NCBI GenBank assembly: GCA_036946625.1
Contig: JAQIIU010000003.1
Coordinates: forward strand, 133,961-197,960
DNA: 64,000 bases
Direction of reading: 5' to 3'
Origin: Methylorubrum populi
GTDB lineage: Bacteria > Pseudomonadota > Alphaproteobacteria > Rhizobiales > Beijerinckiaceae
Positions 26,686 through 35,929 of this stretch are shown here, in pieces. The notes under the pieces are model-generated. The model did not search any database. It saw only the letters and a list, made by a program, of their open reading frames with translations, and had not been told where the DNA came from. The translations under genes were made by a program, and so were the position numbers. The first letter of the stretch is position 1, and the number at the start of each line of letters is the position of its first letter.

Positions 26686-27222
26686 ATGACGGAGGCTGCA
26701 CCCGACCGGATGACGCTGGTGCTCGGCGGCGCGCGCTCGGGCAAGAGCGCCTATGCCGAGCGGCTGATCGAAGCCTGTCCCGCCCCCTGGCTCTACATCG
26801 CCACGGCGCAGGCCTGGGACGAGGAGATGCGGCTCCGCATCGGCGAGCACCGGGCGCGGCGCTCGGAGGGGTGGCGTACCCTCGACGTGCCGACGGCTCT
26901 GCCCGAGGCGGTGGCCGCCGCGACCGGGCCGGTCCTGGTCGATTGCCTCACGCTCTGGCTCACCAACCTGCTGCTGGCCGAGGCCGACCTCGACGCGGCC
27001 ACCGAGGCGCTGGCGCGGGCCTGCGCCGCGGCGCCGGGTCCGCTGGTGCTGGTCGCCAGCGAGGTCGGCCTCGGCATCGTGCCGGACAACGCGCTGGCCC
27101 GCCGTTTTCGCGATGCGGCCGGGCGGCTGCACCAGCGGCTCGCGCGCCAAGCCGACCGGGTCGTGCTCACCGTCGCCGGGCTGCCGCTGACGGTCAAACC
27201 CTCACCGGAGCATCCTTCATGA
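26686..27222 (+). CDS. cobU: Adenosylcobinamide kinase / adenosylcobinamide-phosphate guanylyltransferase
   Basis: P-loop LVLGGARSGKSAYAE and ...VASEVGLGIVPDNALARRFRD... Alternative start at ATG 26710 (MTLVLGG). Confidence 0.85.
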   Translation: MTEAAPDRMTLVLGGARSGKSAYAERLIEACPAPWLYIATAQAWDEEMRLRIGEHRARRSEGWRTLDVPTALPEAVAAATGPVLVDCLTLWLTNLLLAEADLDAATEALARACAAAPGPLVLVASEVGLGIVPDNALARRFRDAAGRLHQRLARQADRVVLTVAGLPLTVKPSPEHPS

Positions 27223-27821
27223 CCGAAGACGATCCGCGTCATCGCGAAAAAATGGCCAGGCGCAAGGCGGTGCAGGACGCCGAGGTCGCCTCGAAAAGCA
27301 TCGAGAAGGGCCTGCTCATCGTCCATACCGGCCCCGGCAAGGGCAAGACGACGGCGGCGCTCGGCCTCGTGCTGCGGATGCTCGGGCGCGGGCACCGGGT
27401 CGGCGTGGTGCAGTTCATCAAGGGCGCCTGGGACACCGGCGAGGCCCGCGCGCTGAAAAGCTTCGGCGACGGAATCGCGTGGCACGCGCTCGGCGAGGGC
27501 TTCACCTGGGAGACGCAGGACAAGGGCCGCGACATCGCCGCCTGCCGCAACGCCTGGGAGACCGCCCGCGCATTGATGGCGGACGCGCGCATCCGCCTGC
27601 TCGTCCTCGACGAGCTGAACATCGCCCTGCGCTACGACTATCTCGACCTCGACACGGTGCTCGCCGACCTCGCCGCGCGGCGCCCCGACCTCCACGTCGT
27701 GGTGACCGGCCGCAACGCCAAGCCGGCCCTGATCGAGGCCGCCGACCTCGTCACCGAGATGGGCAGCGTGAAGCACCATTTTTCGGCGGGGGTGAAGGCG
27801 CAGGAGGGGATCGAGTTCTGA
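27219..27821 (+). CDS. cobO: Cob(I)yrinic acid a,c-diamide adenosyltransferase
   Basis: GLLIVHTGPGKGKTTAALG...VVQFIKG...LDELN...VVTGR... ATGA overlap with the cobU stop. Confidence 0.9.
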   Translation: MTEDDPRHREKMARRKAVQDAEVASKSIEKGLLIVHTGPGKGKTTAALGLVLRMLGRGHRVGVVQFIKGAWDTGEARALKSFGDGIAWHALGEGFTWETQDKGRDIAACRNAWETARALMADARIRLLVLDELNIALRYDYLDLDTVLADLAARRPDLHVVVTGRNAKPALIEAADLVTEMGSVKHHFSAGVKAQEGIEF

Positions 27822-27844
27822 GTTTGAAATCCGAGGAGCCTGCC

Positions 27845-28213
27845 ATGGATATCCGCACGGACGCCGACCTGACCGAGGCACTGCGGGAAATCGACCGGCT
27901 CTGGGGCTCTCCCGTGGGAACGCCGGAGGGCGACAAGCTCGACGTGCTGGCCACGCTCGCGGAAGCCTACGAGCGGGCGCAGCATCCGGTGCCGGAGAGC
28001 GATCCCGTCGAGATCCTCCACTTCGCCATCGGCGAGATGGGACGCTCGCAAGCCGAGTTGGCCGAGCTTCTCGGCTCACGCTCGCATGCCTCCGAGATCC
28101 TCAATCGCAAGCGCCCGCTCAGCCTGGAGCAGATCCGGCGGATCGCCGAGGCGTGGAGGCTGCCGATCGCCGCCCTGGCGAAACCCTATCGGCTCGAACG
28201 GGACGCGGCCTGA
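27845..28213 (+). CDS. HTH (XRE/HigA-like, COG5499-type) putative antitoxin or transcriptional regulator
   Basis: The C-terminal HTH (GRSQAELAELLGSRSHASEILNRKRPLSLEQIRRIA) and N-terminal helical domain resemble the HigA2-type architecture. No cognate toxin ORF is adjacent. Confidence 0.6.
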   Translation: MDIRTDADLTEALREIDRLWGSPVGTPEGDKLDVLATLAEAYERAQHPVPESDPVEILHFAIGEMGRSQAELAELLGSRSHASEILNRKRPLSLEQIRRIAEAWRLPIAALAKPYRLERDAA

Positions 28214-28240
28214 GCCGCACCCCGTCGCGTGCGGAAAAAA

Positions 28241-28780
28241 TCAATACGCGATGATGTCTTCGAGCGCGTAGTGCTTGACCGTCTTGCGGTTGGCGATCAG
28301 CTCGTCGATCGTCGGCTCGCCCTTCATGGCGCGGGCGATGGCGAGCTTCGTCGCCTCGTAGTTGGTGCGGTAGAGATCCTTGCGGTCGAGATTCTCGTCC
28401 TTGGCGCAGCGCTCGTCGAGCCAGATCGTGACGATCATGCACAGCTCTTCGAGCCCGTCCTTGGGCAGGATGCCCTCGATCACGCAATCGACGATGGCAT
28501 CGCCCGTGGCCGCCTGGACCACGCCGCCCAGGAGTTCGGCGTACTCGGCGGTGTGGATCGTGACCTTGGTGGTCATGATCGTGGACGGGCGCACGAGCTG
28601 GTTGAGGTCGCGCACCACGAACATGCGGGTATGGCCCTGGACCTGCCCCAGCATGCCGGCGAAGGCGTGGCCCACGGGGCCGCGGGTGGAGCCGATCAGC
28701 ACCTCCGGCATCGCGTCGGTGAACTGCCCCTCGGCGGCGAGCACCGTCGCCTCGCCGGTGCGGAACCAGATCTCGGACAT
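28241..28780 (-). CDS. Formaldehyde-activating enzyme (Fae) family paralogue
   Basis: 179 aa, the same length as Fae. The C-terminal half is clearly Fae-like (YRTNYEATKLAIARAMKGEP vs the Fae sequence KYNYEATKLSIQRAVNGEP as I recall it). The N-terminal region is divergent. Confidence 0.75.
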   Translation of the reverse strand: MSEIWFRTGEATVLAAEGQFTDAMPEVLIGSTRGPVGHAFAGMLGQVQGHTRMFVVRDLNQLVRPSTIMTTKVTIHTAEYAELLGGVVQAATGDAIVDCVIEGILPKDGLEELCMIVTIWLDERCAKDENLDRKDLYRTNYEATKLAIARAMKGEPTIDELIANRKTVKHYALEDIIAY

Positions 28781-28972
28781 GTCGTTCGTCCCCGTTCGTC
28801 TTTGGAAAGCGGCGGCCCTGCGGGCGTCCGGCGTGCAGACACCATCCCCCGCCCCGCGCGTCAATCGCTTGCGAGGACACCGACGCGGAAGGACCCGGCC
28901 CAAGCCACGCCCCTGGCCGGCGGCCGGAAAAGCCTCCATGTCTGGGATGCGCGACGCGGAAGGATCGATTCG

Positions 28973-29188
28973 ATGAGCGAGCCCGGCCAGGGCGTGAACT
29001 GGAGCCTGTCCGCCACGGCGGAGGGCGACGGCGTGCGCCTGGAACTGGCCCTGCCCGATCTCGGCGGCCGCCCCGTCACCGCGATCCTCAGCCTCGACCG
29101 GGTCGAGGCGCGCGCCTTCGCCCGGGCGCTGCTGGCGGCTGCGGGCGACGCGACCGAGCGGACCTTCGTCGGCCCTGCGGACCCTTGA
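28973..29188 (+). CDS. Hypothetical 71-aa protein
   Basis: ATG-started ORF in an otherwise unassigned gap. No motif recognised. Confidence 0.3.
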   Translation: MSEPGQGVNWSLSATAEGDGVRLELALPDLGGRPVTAILSLDRVEARAFARALLAAAGDATERTFVGPADP

Positions 29189-29200
29189 GCACGCGCCCGC

Positions 29201-29662
29201 TCAGCGCTGCGTGCTGCGCCGTCCGGGCAGGCGCGGCACCACCGTGCCGCGCGGCTCGACCGGCGCGTCGCAGGCATAGGCGAACTCGGTCTGCAGGTCG
29301 CTGAACACGGTCTCGCCGGCGATCCGGCAATCCTCGCGCACGGTCTCGTCGAGATAGGTGCGCGCCGCCGTGCGGAAGCGCGCGGCCCGGGTCTCGGCGG
29401 GGGGACGGCTCTCGCCGGTCCTGCCGAGTTCGCAGCCCGCCACCTCGCGCAGGGCGTTCGAGACCACCAGAACCCGGCGCCGCTGGCGGTTGTCGTAGAT
29501 CTCGTAGGGCTCGTTGCAGCCGATCGTCACGACCTGCGGCACCTGGGTGACGTAGGTCTGCGAGATGTAGCCGAAGCCGGTGCAGCCCGAGACGGCGAGG
29601 CTGCCGCCCAACACGAGCGGGCGCGCGAGCCGCCGAACCGTCGTCGCCATCTGCCGCCTCAT
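29201..29662 (-). CDS. Putative lipoprotein
   Basis: Basic N-terminus plus a lipobox (LAVSGC), followed by 4 further Cys. Only the last 153 codons of giant track ORF 29201..33325 are kept. Confidence 0.55.
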   Translation of the reverse strand: MRRQMATTVRRLARPLVLGGSLAVSGCTGFGYISQTYVTQVPQVVTIGCNEPYEIYDNRQRRRVLVVSNALREVAGCELGRTGESRPPAETRAARFRTAARTYLDETVREDCRIAGETVFSDLQTEFAYACDAPVEPRGTVVPRLPGRRSTQR

Positions 29663-29872
29663 GCCGCGTGCCATCTCTCGCCCGCGAAGGGCGGGAACCA
29701 TTGAAACAGTCCAGCTTGCCCGGTCAAGCCGGCCCGACCTAGGATCGCATCCGGGCGTATCCGGCGTGGCGCCGCCGCACGGGCCTGTGACGGCCCGCCC
29801 CGGAACGGACGGGCGGGTCGGACGCGTTGCCGGCCGGAAGGCTTCGCGGGCGACTTCGGGGACGGGGAGGGC

Positions 29873-30757
29873 ATGATGGAGATCCGGCATGAGACGGTGA
29901 CGGCGAACGGCGTGCGGCTGCACATCGCCCGGGCCGGCACCGGCCGGCCGCTGGTGCTGCTGCACGGCTGGCCGGAATTCTGGCTCACCTGGGAGCCGGT
30001 GATGGATCGCCTCGCCGACCGCTTCAGCCTGATCGCACCGGACCTGCGCGGCTTCGGCGCCAGCGAGAAGCCCGATCCCGGCCCCTCGAACCGAGCCGGG
30101 CCGGAGGTGCACGCCGCCGACGTCATCGGCCTCCTCGACGTGCTCGGGATCGGGCGCGCGGGCCTCATCGGGCACGATGTCGGCGCCTCTGTCGGGCAGG
30201 CCCTCGGCCGCGCCCATCCGGACCGCCTCACCGGCCTGTTCTTCTTCGACTGCCCCTATCCCGGCATCGGCCCCCGGCTGGCCCGGCCGGAGATGCTGGC
30301 CGAGATCTGGTACCAGTCCTTCCACCTCAAGCCGTTCGCGGCGGCGGTGGTCGGCGCCAGCCGCGAGATCTGCCGCGCCTATATCGGCCACTTCCTGCGC
30401 CACTGGGCCGGCGGCAACCCGGCCGCCTTCGACGCCGTGCTCGACGCCTTCACCGACAACTTCCTGGCGCCCGGCAACCTGCAGGGCGGCTTCAACTGGT
30501 ATCTCAGCCAGCAAGCGGGCCGGCTCGCCATGCTGCGGGGCGAGGCTCCCGTCCTGCCGCCGATCACGGTTCCTACCTGCATCCGCTGGGGCACGCAGGA
30601 CCCGCTCTTCCCCTACGCATGGACCGACCGGCTCGGCGAAACGTTTTCGGATCTCGACCTCACCCCGTTCGAGGGCGCCGGACATTTCCCGCATCGGGAG
30701 CGGCCGGAGGAAGCGGCGGAGGCGATCGCCGGGTTTTTCGAACGGGTGGGGGATTGA
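29873..30757 (+). CDS. Alpha/beta hydrolase (epoxide hydrolase / haloalkane dehalogenase-like)
   Basis: LLHGWPEFW motif, a nucleophile elbow (GHDVGA) and C-terminal GAGHFPHRERPEE. Confidence 0.85.
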   Translation: MMEIRHETVTANGVRLHIARAGTGRPLVLLHGWPEFWLTWEPVMDRLADRFSLIAPDLRGFGASEKPDPGPSNRAGPEVHAADVIGLLDVLGIGRAGLIGHDVGASVGQALGRAHPDRLTGLFFFDCPYPGIGPRLARPEMLAEIWYQSFHLKPFAAAVVGASREICRAYIGHFLRHWAGGNPAAFDAVLDAFTDNFLAPGNLQGGFNWYLSQQAGRLAMLRGEAPVLPPITVPTCIRWGTQDPLFPYAWTDRLGETFSDLDLTPFEGAGHFPHRERPEEAAEAIAGFFERVGD

Positions 30758-30801
30758 AGGGGGAACTCGCTGCGGCGAGCGGGCGGTGATGCGCAAACCC
30801 G

Positions 30802-33702
30802 CTACCCCCGCGCGATCATCTCCCGGATGCGCAGGCCCAGCGTCTCGACCACGAACGGCTTGGTCAGCACCGCCATGCCGGGCTCCAGGTGGCCGTTGCC
30901 GACCGCGGCGTTCTCGGCGTAGCCGGTGATGAACAGGATCTTGAGGCCGGGGCGCGAGACGCGGGCGGCGTCGGCCATCTGGCGGCCGTTCATGCCGCCG
31001 GGCAGGCCGACATCGCTGATGAGCAGGTCGATGCGCACGTCCGATTGCAGGACCTTGAGGCCGGAGGCGCTGTCGGCGGCCTCGATCGCGGTGTAGCCGA
31101 GATCCTCCAGAACCTCGGTCACCAGCATCCGCACCGTCGGCTCGTCGTCGACCACGAGCACCGTCTCGCCCTGCTCGGCCCGGGGGGCGTCGACCAGGGG
31201 GCCGAGCGGGTCCGGCTCCTCCGCCTCGCCGTGGAAGCGGGGCAGGTAGACGCAGACCGTCGTGCCCTGGCCGACCTCCGAATAGATTCGCACCTGCCCG
31301 CCCGACTGCTTGGCGAAGCCGTAGATCATCGACAGCCCGAGCCCGGTGCCCTGGCCGGTGGGCTTGGTGGTGAAGAACGGGTCGAACGCCTTGGCCCGCA
31401 CGTCCGGGCTCATGCCGGTGCCGGTATCGGTCACGCACAGCGACAGGTACTGGCCCGGCGGCATGTCGTGCTGGCGCGCGGCCGCCGTGTCGAGCCACCG
31501 GTTGGCGGTCTCGATGGTGATGCGCCCCCCGTCCGGCATGGCGTCGCGGGCGTTGATGCAGAGATTGAGCAGGGCGTTCTCGAGCTGCGGCGGATCGACG
31601 AGCGAGGGCCAGAGCCCGGCCGCGCCCACCACCTCGATGACGATGGTGGGGCCGACGGTGCGGCGGATCAGCTCCTCCATGCCGGCCACCAGCCGGTTCA
31701 CGTCGGTGGGCTTCGGGTCCAGCGTCTGGCGGCGGGAGAAGGCGAGCAGGCGGTGGGTGAGCGCGGCGGCGCGCTTGGCCGCCCCCTGCGCCGCGCTCAT
31801 GTAACGGTCGACGTCCTTCAGGCGCCCCTGGCTGATGCGGGCCTGCATCAGCTCCAGGCTGCCCGAGATGCCGGCGAGCAGGTTGTTGAAGTCGTGGGCG
31901 AGCCCGCCGGTGAGCTGGCCCACCGCCTCCATCTTCTGCGACTGGCGCAGGGCCTCCTCGACATCGGCGAGCGCCTGCGCCTGCTCCCTGATCGCGGTGA
32001 CGTCGCGCACCGAGGCGAAGATGAGGCCCTCCCGCGGCACGGCGTTCCACGAGAACCAGCGATAGCGGCCGTCCCGGGCGCGGTAGCGGTTCTCGAAGCC
32101 GAGCTGCATCTCGCCGCAGGCGAGGCCGGCGGCGGCGGCCAGCGTCCGCTCCCGGTCCTCCGGGTGGACGAAGTCGAGGAAGGGCCCGGCCGTCAACTCG
32201 GCCTCGCTCCAGCCGAGCGTCGCGCTCCAGGCCGGATTCAGGCTGACGAAGCGGCCCTCGAAATTGGCGACGGCCAGCAGGTCGCTGGAGGCCTGCCAGA
32301 TCCGGTCGCGCTCGGCGGTGCGCGCGGCGACCTGCTCCTCCAGGGTCTCGTTGAGCCGGCGCAGGAGCACGATCGCCCGGTCGCGCTCCGCCTCGACGGC
32401 GCGGCGCTCCTCGACGTCGATGAGCACGCCGGGAAAGCTGAGCGGCGTGCCGTCGGGGGCGTGATCGACCCGGCCGTTGGCCTCGATCCAGTAATAGCGC
32501 CCGTCCGCCCGCCGCACCCGGTACTGGTAGGCGTAGGCGCCGCCGCGGGCGATGGCCCCGTCGATCGCGTCGGCCAGCCCGGCCTTGTCGTCGGGATGGA
32601 CGGTCTCCACCACCTGGGCGAGGCTCAAGCCCTCGCGGCCCAGCGCCGGATCGAGACCGAAGGTGCGGGCGAAGGCCTCGTCCACGGTGAAGCGGTCGGT
32701 CGGCAGGTCCCAGAACCACGTGCCGATGATCGCGCCCGCCGAGAGCGCGAGCCGGACGCGCTCGGCATTCACCCGGGCGAGCGCCTCGCTCACCCGCAGG
32801 CGCCGCTCGACCTCGATCCGCTCGGTCACGTCGAGTTCGGCCACCACGCCGCCGATGATGGCGCCCGCGCGATCGCGGATCGGCGCGGCGTTGTTGAGGA
32901 ACAGCCGCCGCCCGCCTCCGTCGAAGCGCTCGATCTCGACGAGTTCGCCGCGCACGGTCTCGCCGTGCAGGAGGGCGCGGGCCATGCCCCACTCCTCGGC
33001 GCGCAGGCGTTCGCCCGTCTCCGGCCAGTAGCCGACCCAGCCGCCGTAGCCCTCCCAGTTCGTCGTTTCCGGCAGCACGCCCCAGATCTCGCGGTTGGCG
33101 GCGTTGTCGCGCACGATCCGCCCGTCCGCATCGGCGATGATCACCCCGACCGGCAGGCCCTCCAGGGTCGCGGACAGGAACGCCTCGCTGCGGCGCGAGG
33201 CGGCTTCCGTCTCGCGCTGGAGGGCTTCCGTGCGGACGCGCTGCGTCGTCTCGTTGGTGAAGATGAACAGGCCGGCGATGCGGCCCTCGCCGTCGAGCAC
33301 CCGCGAGTAGGAGAAGCTCCACCACGTCTGCGCCTCGCCCCGGTCGGTGGCGAGCGTCCAGGGCAGGTCCTCGAAGCGGCGGCTCCTTCCGGCGAAGGCG
33401 TCGTCGATGATCGGCTTGGCCTGTTCCCAGCCATCGGCCCAGACCCGGTCGAAGCGCTCGCCCATCGCCCAGGACAGGCGGGGGCCGAGCAGGGGGAAGT
33501 AAGTGTCGTTGAAGAAGAAGTGCAGGTCCGGCCCCCAGGCCAGGATCATGCTCTCGGGCGAATTCAGGATCAGGCTGAGCGCCGTGCGCAGCGAGTCCGG
33601 CCAGCTCTGCGGCGGCCCGAGGGGGTGATCCGCCCAGTCGCGCTCGGCGATCATGCGGGCGGCCTCGCCGCCGCCGGCCAGGAACGGGAGGGATTCGGTC
33701 AT
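30802..33702 (-). CDS. Multi-PAS hybrid sensor histidine kinase with C-terminal receiver domain
   Basis: Several PAS-like modules, an H-box (LAHDFNNLL), HATPase N/G boxes (NARDAM, DTGTGM, GTGLGL), and a REC domain (VLVVDDEP...[15 protein letters not shown]). Confidence 0.85.
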   Translation of the reverse strand: MTESLPFLAGGGEAARMIAERDWADHPLGPPQSWPDSLRTALSLILNSPESMILAWGPDLHFFFNDTYFPLLGPRLSWAMGERFDRVWADGWEQAKPIIDDAFAGRSRRFEDLPWTLATDRGEAQTWWSFSYSRVLDGEGRIAGLFIFTNETTQRVRTEALQRETEAASRRSEAFLSATLEGLPVGVIIADADGRIVRDNAANREIWGVLPETTNWEGYGGWVGYWPETGERLRAEEWGMARALLHGETVRGELVEIERFDGGGRRLFLNNAAPIRDRAGAIIGGVVAELDVTERIEVERRLRVSEALARVNAERVRLALSAGAIIGTWFWDLPTDRFTVDEAFARTFGLDPALGREGLSLAQVVETVHPDDKAGLADAIDGAIARGGAYAYQYRVRRADGRYYWIEANGRVDHAPDGTPLSFPGVLIDVEERRAVEAERDRAIVLLRRLNETLEEQVAARTAERDRIWQASSDLLAVANFEGRFVSLNPAWSATLGWSEAELTAGPFLDFVHPEDRERTLAAAAGLACGEMQLGFENRYRARDGRYRWFSWNAVPREGLIFASVRDVTAIREQAQALADVEEALRQSQKMEAVGQLTGGLAHDFNNLLAGISGSLELMQARISQGRLKDVDRYMSAAQGAAKRAAALTHRLLAFSRRQTLDPKPTDVNRLVAGMEELIRRTVGPTIVIEVVGAAGLWPSLVDPPQLENALLNLCINARDAMPDGGRITIETANRWLDTAAARQHDMPPGQYLSLCVTDTGTGMSPDVRAKAFDPFFTTKPTGQGTGLGLSMIYGFAKQSGGQVRIYSEVGQGTTVCVYLPRFHGEAEEPDPLGPLVDAPRAEQGETVLVVDDEPTVRMLVTEVLEDLGYTAIEAADSASGLKVLQSDVRIDLLISDVGLPGGMNGRQMADAARVSRPGLKILFITGYAENAAVGNGHLEPGMAVLTKPFVVETLGLRIREMIARG

Positions 33703-33753
33703 GCCCGACCGGCTTTACACAGGTGACGCTCGCTCGGACAGAGCCATGTCAGG

Positions 33754-35844
33754 TCACGCCGCGCGCCCGCGCCGCCCCTCCACCAGCCACATCGCCAGCA
33801 CCGCCGCGGCGAGCGCCGCCAGCGCCCACAGGCCGATGCCGAGGGGATAGACCTCGACACCGCGCACGGTGGCGCCGTCGCTCGGGCGGAAACCGATCCA
33901 GTCGGCGCCGCCGAGGCGCCCGCCGCGGGTGATCTGGAGGCGCGGCACCTCGATGCCGCCGCCGGAGGCCGCCACCCGGCGCACCGTGCCGCCGGAGCCC
34001 TCGGCCACGGCCTTCAGCCGCTCGGTGTCGCTGAACACGTCGGCGAGTTCGCGCGGGTTGGCCGGGCCGACGCTGACGAAGGCGACGAGGCTGCCCGAGC
34101 GGACGGTGTGCAGCCCGAGTCCCTCCGCCTCGAAGGTCGCGGTGAACAGGCCGGCTTCCGCCTTCGACAGATCGAGGCTGCGCTCCTTGCCGGTCGGGCC
34201 GGTGATCGTGACCGGTCCGGCCTCCTCGGCCATGGCCTGGCGTTCCACCCGCACCTCGCGGCCGCGGCCGGTGACCTGCGCCCGCAGCGCCTCCTCTTCG
34301 AGGGCCGGCTCCTTCATCAGCCAGTGGGCGAGGCGCCGCAGCAGGTCGAGATAGGGGCCGCCCCGCTGGTAGCCGCGGGCCCAGAGCCAGGCCTGATCGG
34401 ACAGCATCAGCGCGACGCGGCCCTTGTCCTCGCGCGAGAGCGCCAGCAGCGGCAGGCCGTTGGCGCCGGACAGGATCGGCTGGATGCCGGTCCGGGTCCG
34501 GGCCGAGACGATGCGCAGCCAGTCGCCCCAGGCCGGCGGATTCGATTCCGAGCCGGGCAGCGCCCGGGTGACGGGATGGCGGTGCCCGGTCTCGGTGAGC
34601 GCGGCCTTGAACGGCTGCTCGAGCACCTTCATCGAGGGATCGCCCGGCAGGATCGAGGCGAGCCGGGTGCGGGCGAGGCTGGCGGGGCCGGCGAATTCCG
34701 GCCCGGCGGCGATGAGCAGCGCCCCGCCCTCGCGCACGTAGCGGACGATGTTGTCGAAATAGGCCGACGGCAGCACGCTCTGGTTGGCGTAGCGGTCGAA
34801 GATGATGAGGTCGAAGTCCTTGATCTTCTGGACGAACAGCTCGCGGGTCGGGAAGGCGATCAGCGAGAGTTCGGAGATCGGCGTGCCGTCCTGCTTCTCC
34901 GGCGGCCGGAGAATCGTGAAGTGGACGAGATCGACGGATGCATCCGACTTCAGGAGGTTGCGCCACGTCCGCTCGCCCTGGTGCGGCTCGCCGGAGACCA
35001 GCAGCACCCTGAGTTTTTCGCGGATTCCCTCGATGGGGAGCACGGCGCGGTTGTTCACCGTGGTGAGCTCGCCGGGAAGCGGCTCGACCTCGATCTCGAC
35101 CACGTTCGGGCCGCCGTGCTCGATATGCGTGGTCAGCGAGAACGGCACGCCGGTACGGATGCTCTGCCGGTCGATCTCCTCCCCGTCGCGGCGCACGGTG
35201 ACGGTCGCCGTGCCGGTGCCGCCGCGCTCCATCACCTCGGCGCGCACCGTGACGTCCTTGCCGACGATGCCGAAGCGGGGCGCTTCCAGCATCCTGATCT
35301 GGCGATCGCGCTCGTCCGGGCGGCCGGTGACGAGGACGTGCAGCGGCGCCTTCAGCCCGAGGGCGTCGAGGGAGGCGGGGATGTCGTGCACCACGCCGTC
35401 GGTGAGCATCACCACGCCGGCGATCCGCTCCGGCGGCACGTCGGCCAGCGCCTGGGTCAGGGCCGTGAACAGCTTGGTGCCGTCGTCGCTCTCGGCCCCT
35501 TGCGCGTCGCCGACCTCGATGAAGCGGGGCTCGATGTTGGCGAGCCCGCCGAAGCGGCGCTCCAGCTCGGCCTTGACCGCGTCGGTCATGGCCGGGCGGT
35601 CGCCGAGGCTCTGCGAGCCGGAGCGGTCGACGACGATGGCCGCCACATCCTTCACCGGGTCGCGGTCCTCGCGCACGAGCGAGGGGTTGGCGAGCGCGAG
35701 GACGACGAGGCCCAGCGCCAGCGCCCGCAGCAGGGCCGTGCGCCCGCGGGCGAGCACCGCCCCCACGGCGAGGATCGCGGCGAGCACGCCGAAGGCGGCC
35801 AGGATCGGCCAGGGGACGAGGGGGGTGAAGCTGAGGCTCAGCAT
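33754..35844 (-). CDS. Large membrane-anchored protein of the MoxR/DUF58/DUF4159 module (vWA/GATase-like folds suspected), function unknown
   Basis: N-terminal double TM and a C-terminal TM. Last gene of the colinear four-gene minus-strand set. Confidence 0.65.
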   Translation of the reverse strand: MLSLSFTPLVPWPILAAFGVLAAILAVGAVLARGRTALLRALALGLVVLALANPSLVREDRDPVKDVAAIVVDRSGSQSLGDRPAMTDAVKAELERRFGGLANIEPRFIEVGDAQGAESDDGTKLFTALTQALADVPPERIAGVVMLTDGVVHDIPASLDALGLKAPLHVLVTGRPDERDRQIRMLEAPRFGIVGKDVTVRAEVMERGGTGTATVTVRRDGEEIDRQSIRTGVPFSLTTHIEHGGPNVVEIEVEPLPGELTTVNNRAVLPIEGIREKLRVLLVSGEPHQGERTWRNLLKSDASVDLVHFTILRPPEKQDGTPISELSLIAFPTRELFVQKIKDFDLIIFDRYANQSVLPSAYFDNIVRYVREGGALLIAAGPEFAGPASLARTRLASILPGDPSMKVLEQPFKAALTETGHRHPVTRALPGSESNPPAWGDWLRIVSARTRTGIQPILSGANGLPLLALSREDKGRVALMLSDQAWLWARGYQRGGPYLDLLRRLAHWLMKEPALEEEALRAQVTGRGREVRVERQAMAEEAGPVTITGPTGKERSLDLSKAEAGLFTATFEAEGLGLHTVRSGSLVAFVSVGPANPRELADVFSDTERLKAVAEGSGGTVRRVAASGGGIEVPRLQITRGGRLGGADWIGFRPSDGATVRGVEVYPLGIGLWALAALAAAVLAMWLVEGRRGRAA

Positions 35845-35876
35845 GGGGCGGGGCCTTCAGGAGAATCCACGAAAAC

Positions 35877-35900
35877 CCCTCCCCCCTCTGGTGGGGAGGG
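35877..35900. repeat. C-rich/G-rich hairpin (CCCTCCCC-8 nt-GGGGAGGG) in an intergenic spacer
   Basis: Read directly. Loosely resembles the palindrome inside cobN. Confidence 0.4.
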
Positions 35901-35929
35901 TGCCTGCGGCATGCCTGTCTTCAAGACAA

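Noticed and set aside
26322-27218. N-terminal 299 codons of track ORF 26322..27821, and ORF 26581..27150 on the minus strand.
   Set aside because: The first overlaps the riboswitch and the cobU frame. Only the cobO portion from ATG 27219 carries adenosyltransferase motifs. The second is antisense to cobU.
27479-28240. A type II toxin-antitoxin locus around the HigA-like gene.
   Set aside because: No plausible toxin-sized ORF with a start and RBS lies adjacent on either side. cobO ends 23 nt upstream, and the Fae-family gene converges 27 nt downstream.
29201-33325. Giant 1374-aa minus-strand ORF, and 945-aa plus-strand ORF 30889..33726.
   Set aside because: The giant ORF runs out of frame through the histidine kinase gene and antisense through the hydrolase gene. 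Only its last 153 codons (the lipoprotein) look genuine. The 945-aa ORF is antisense to the kinase and has no motifs.
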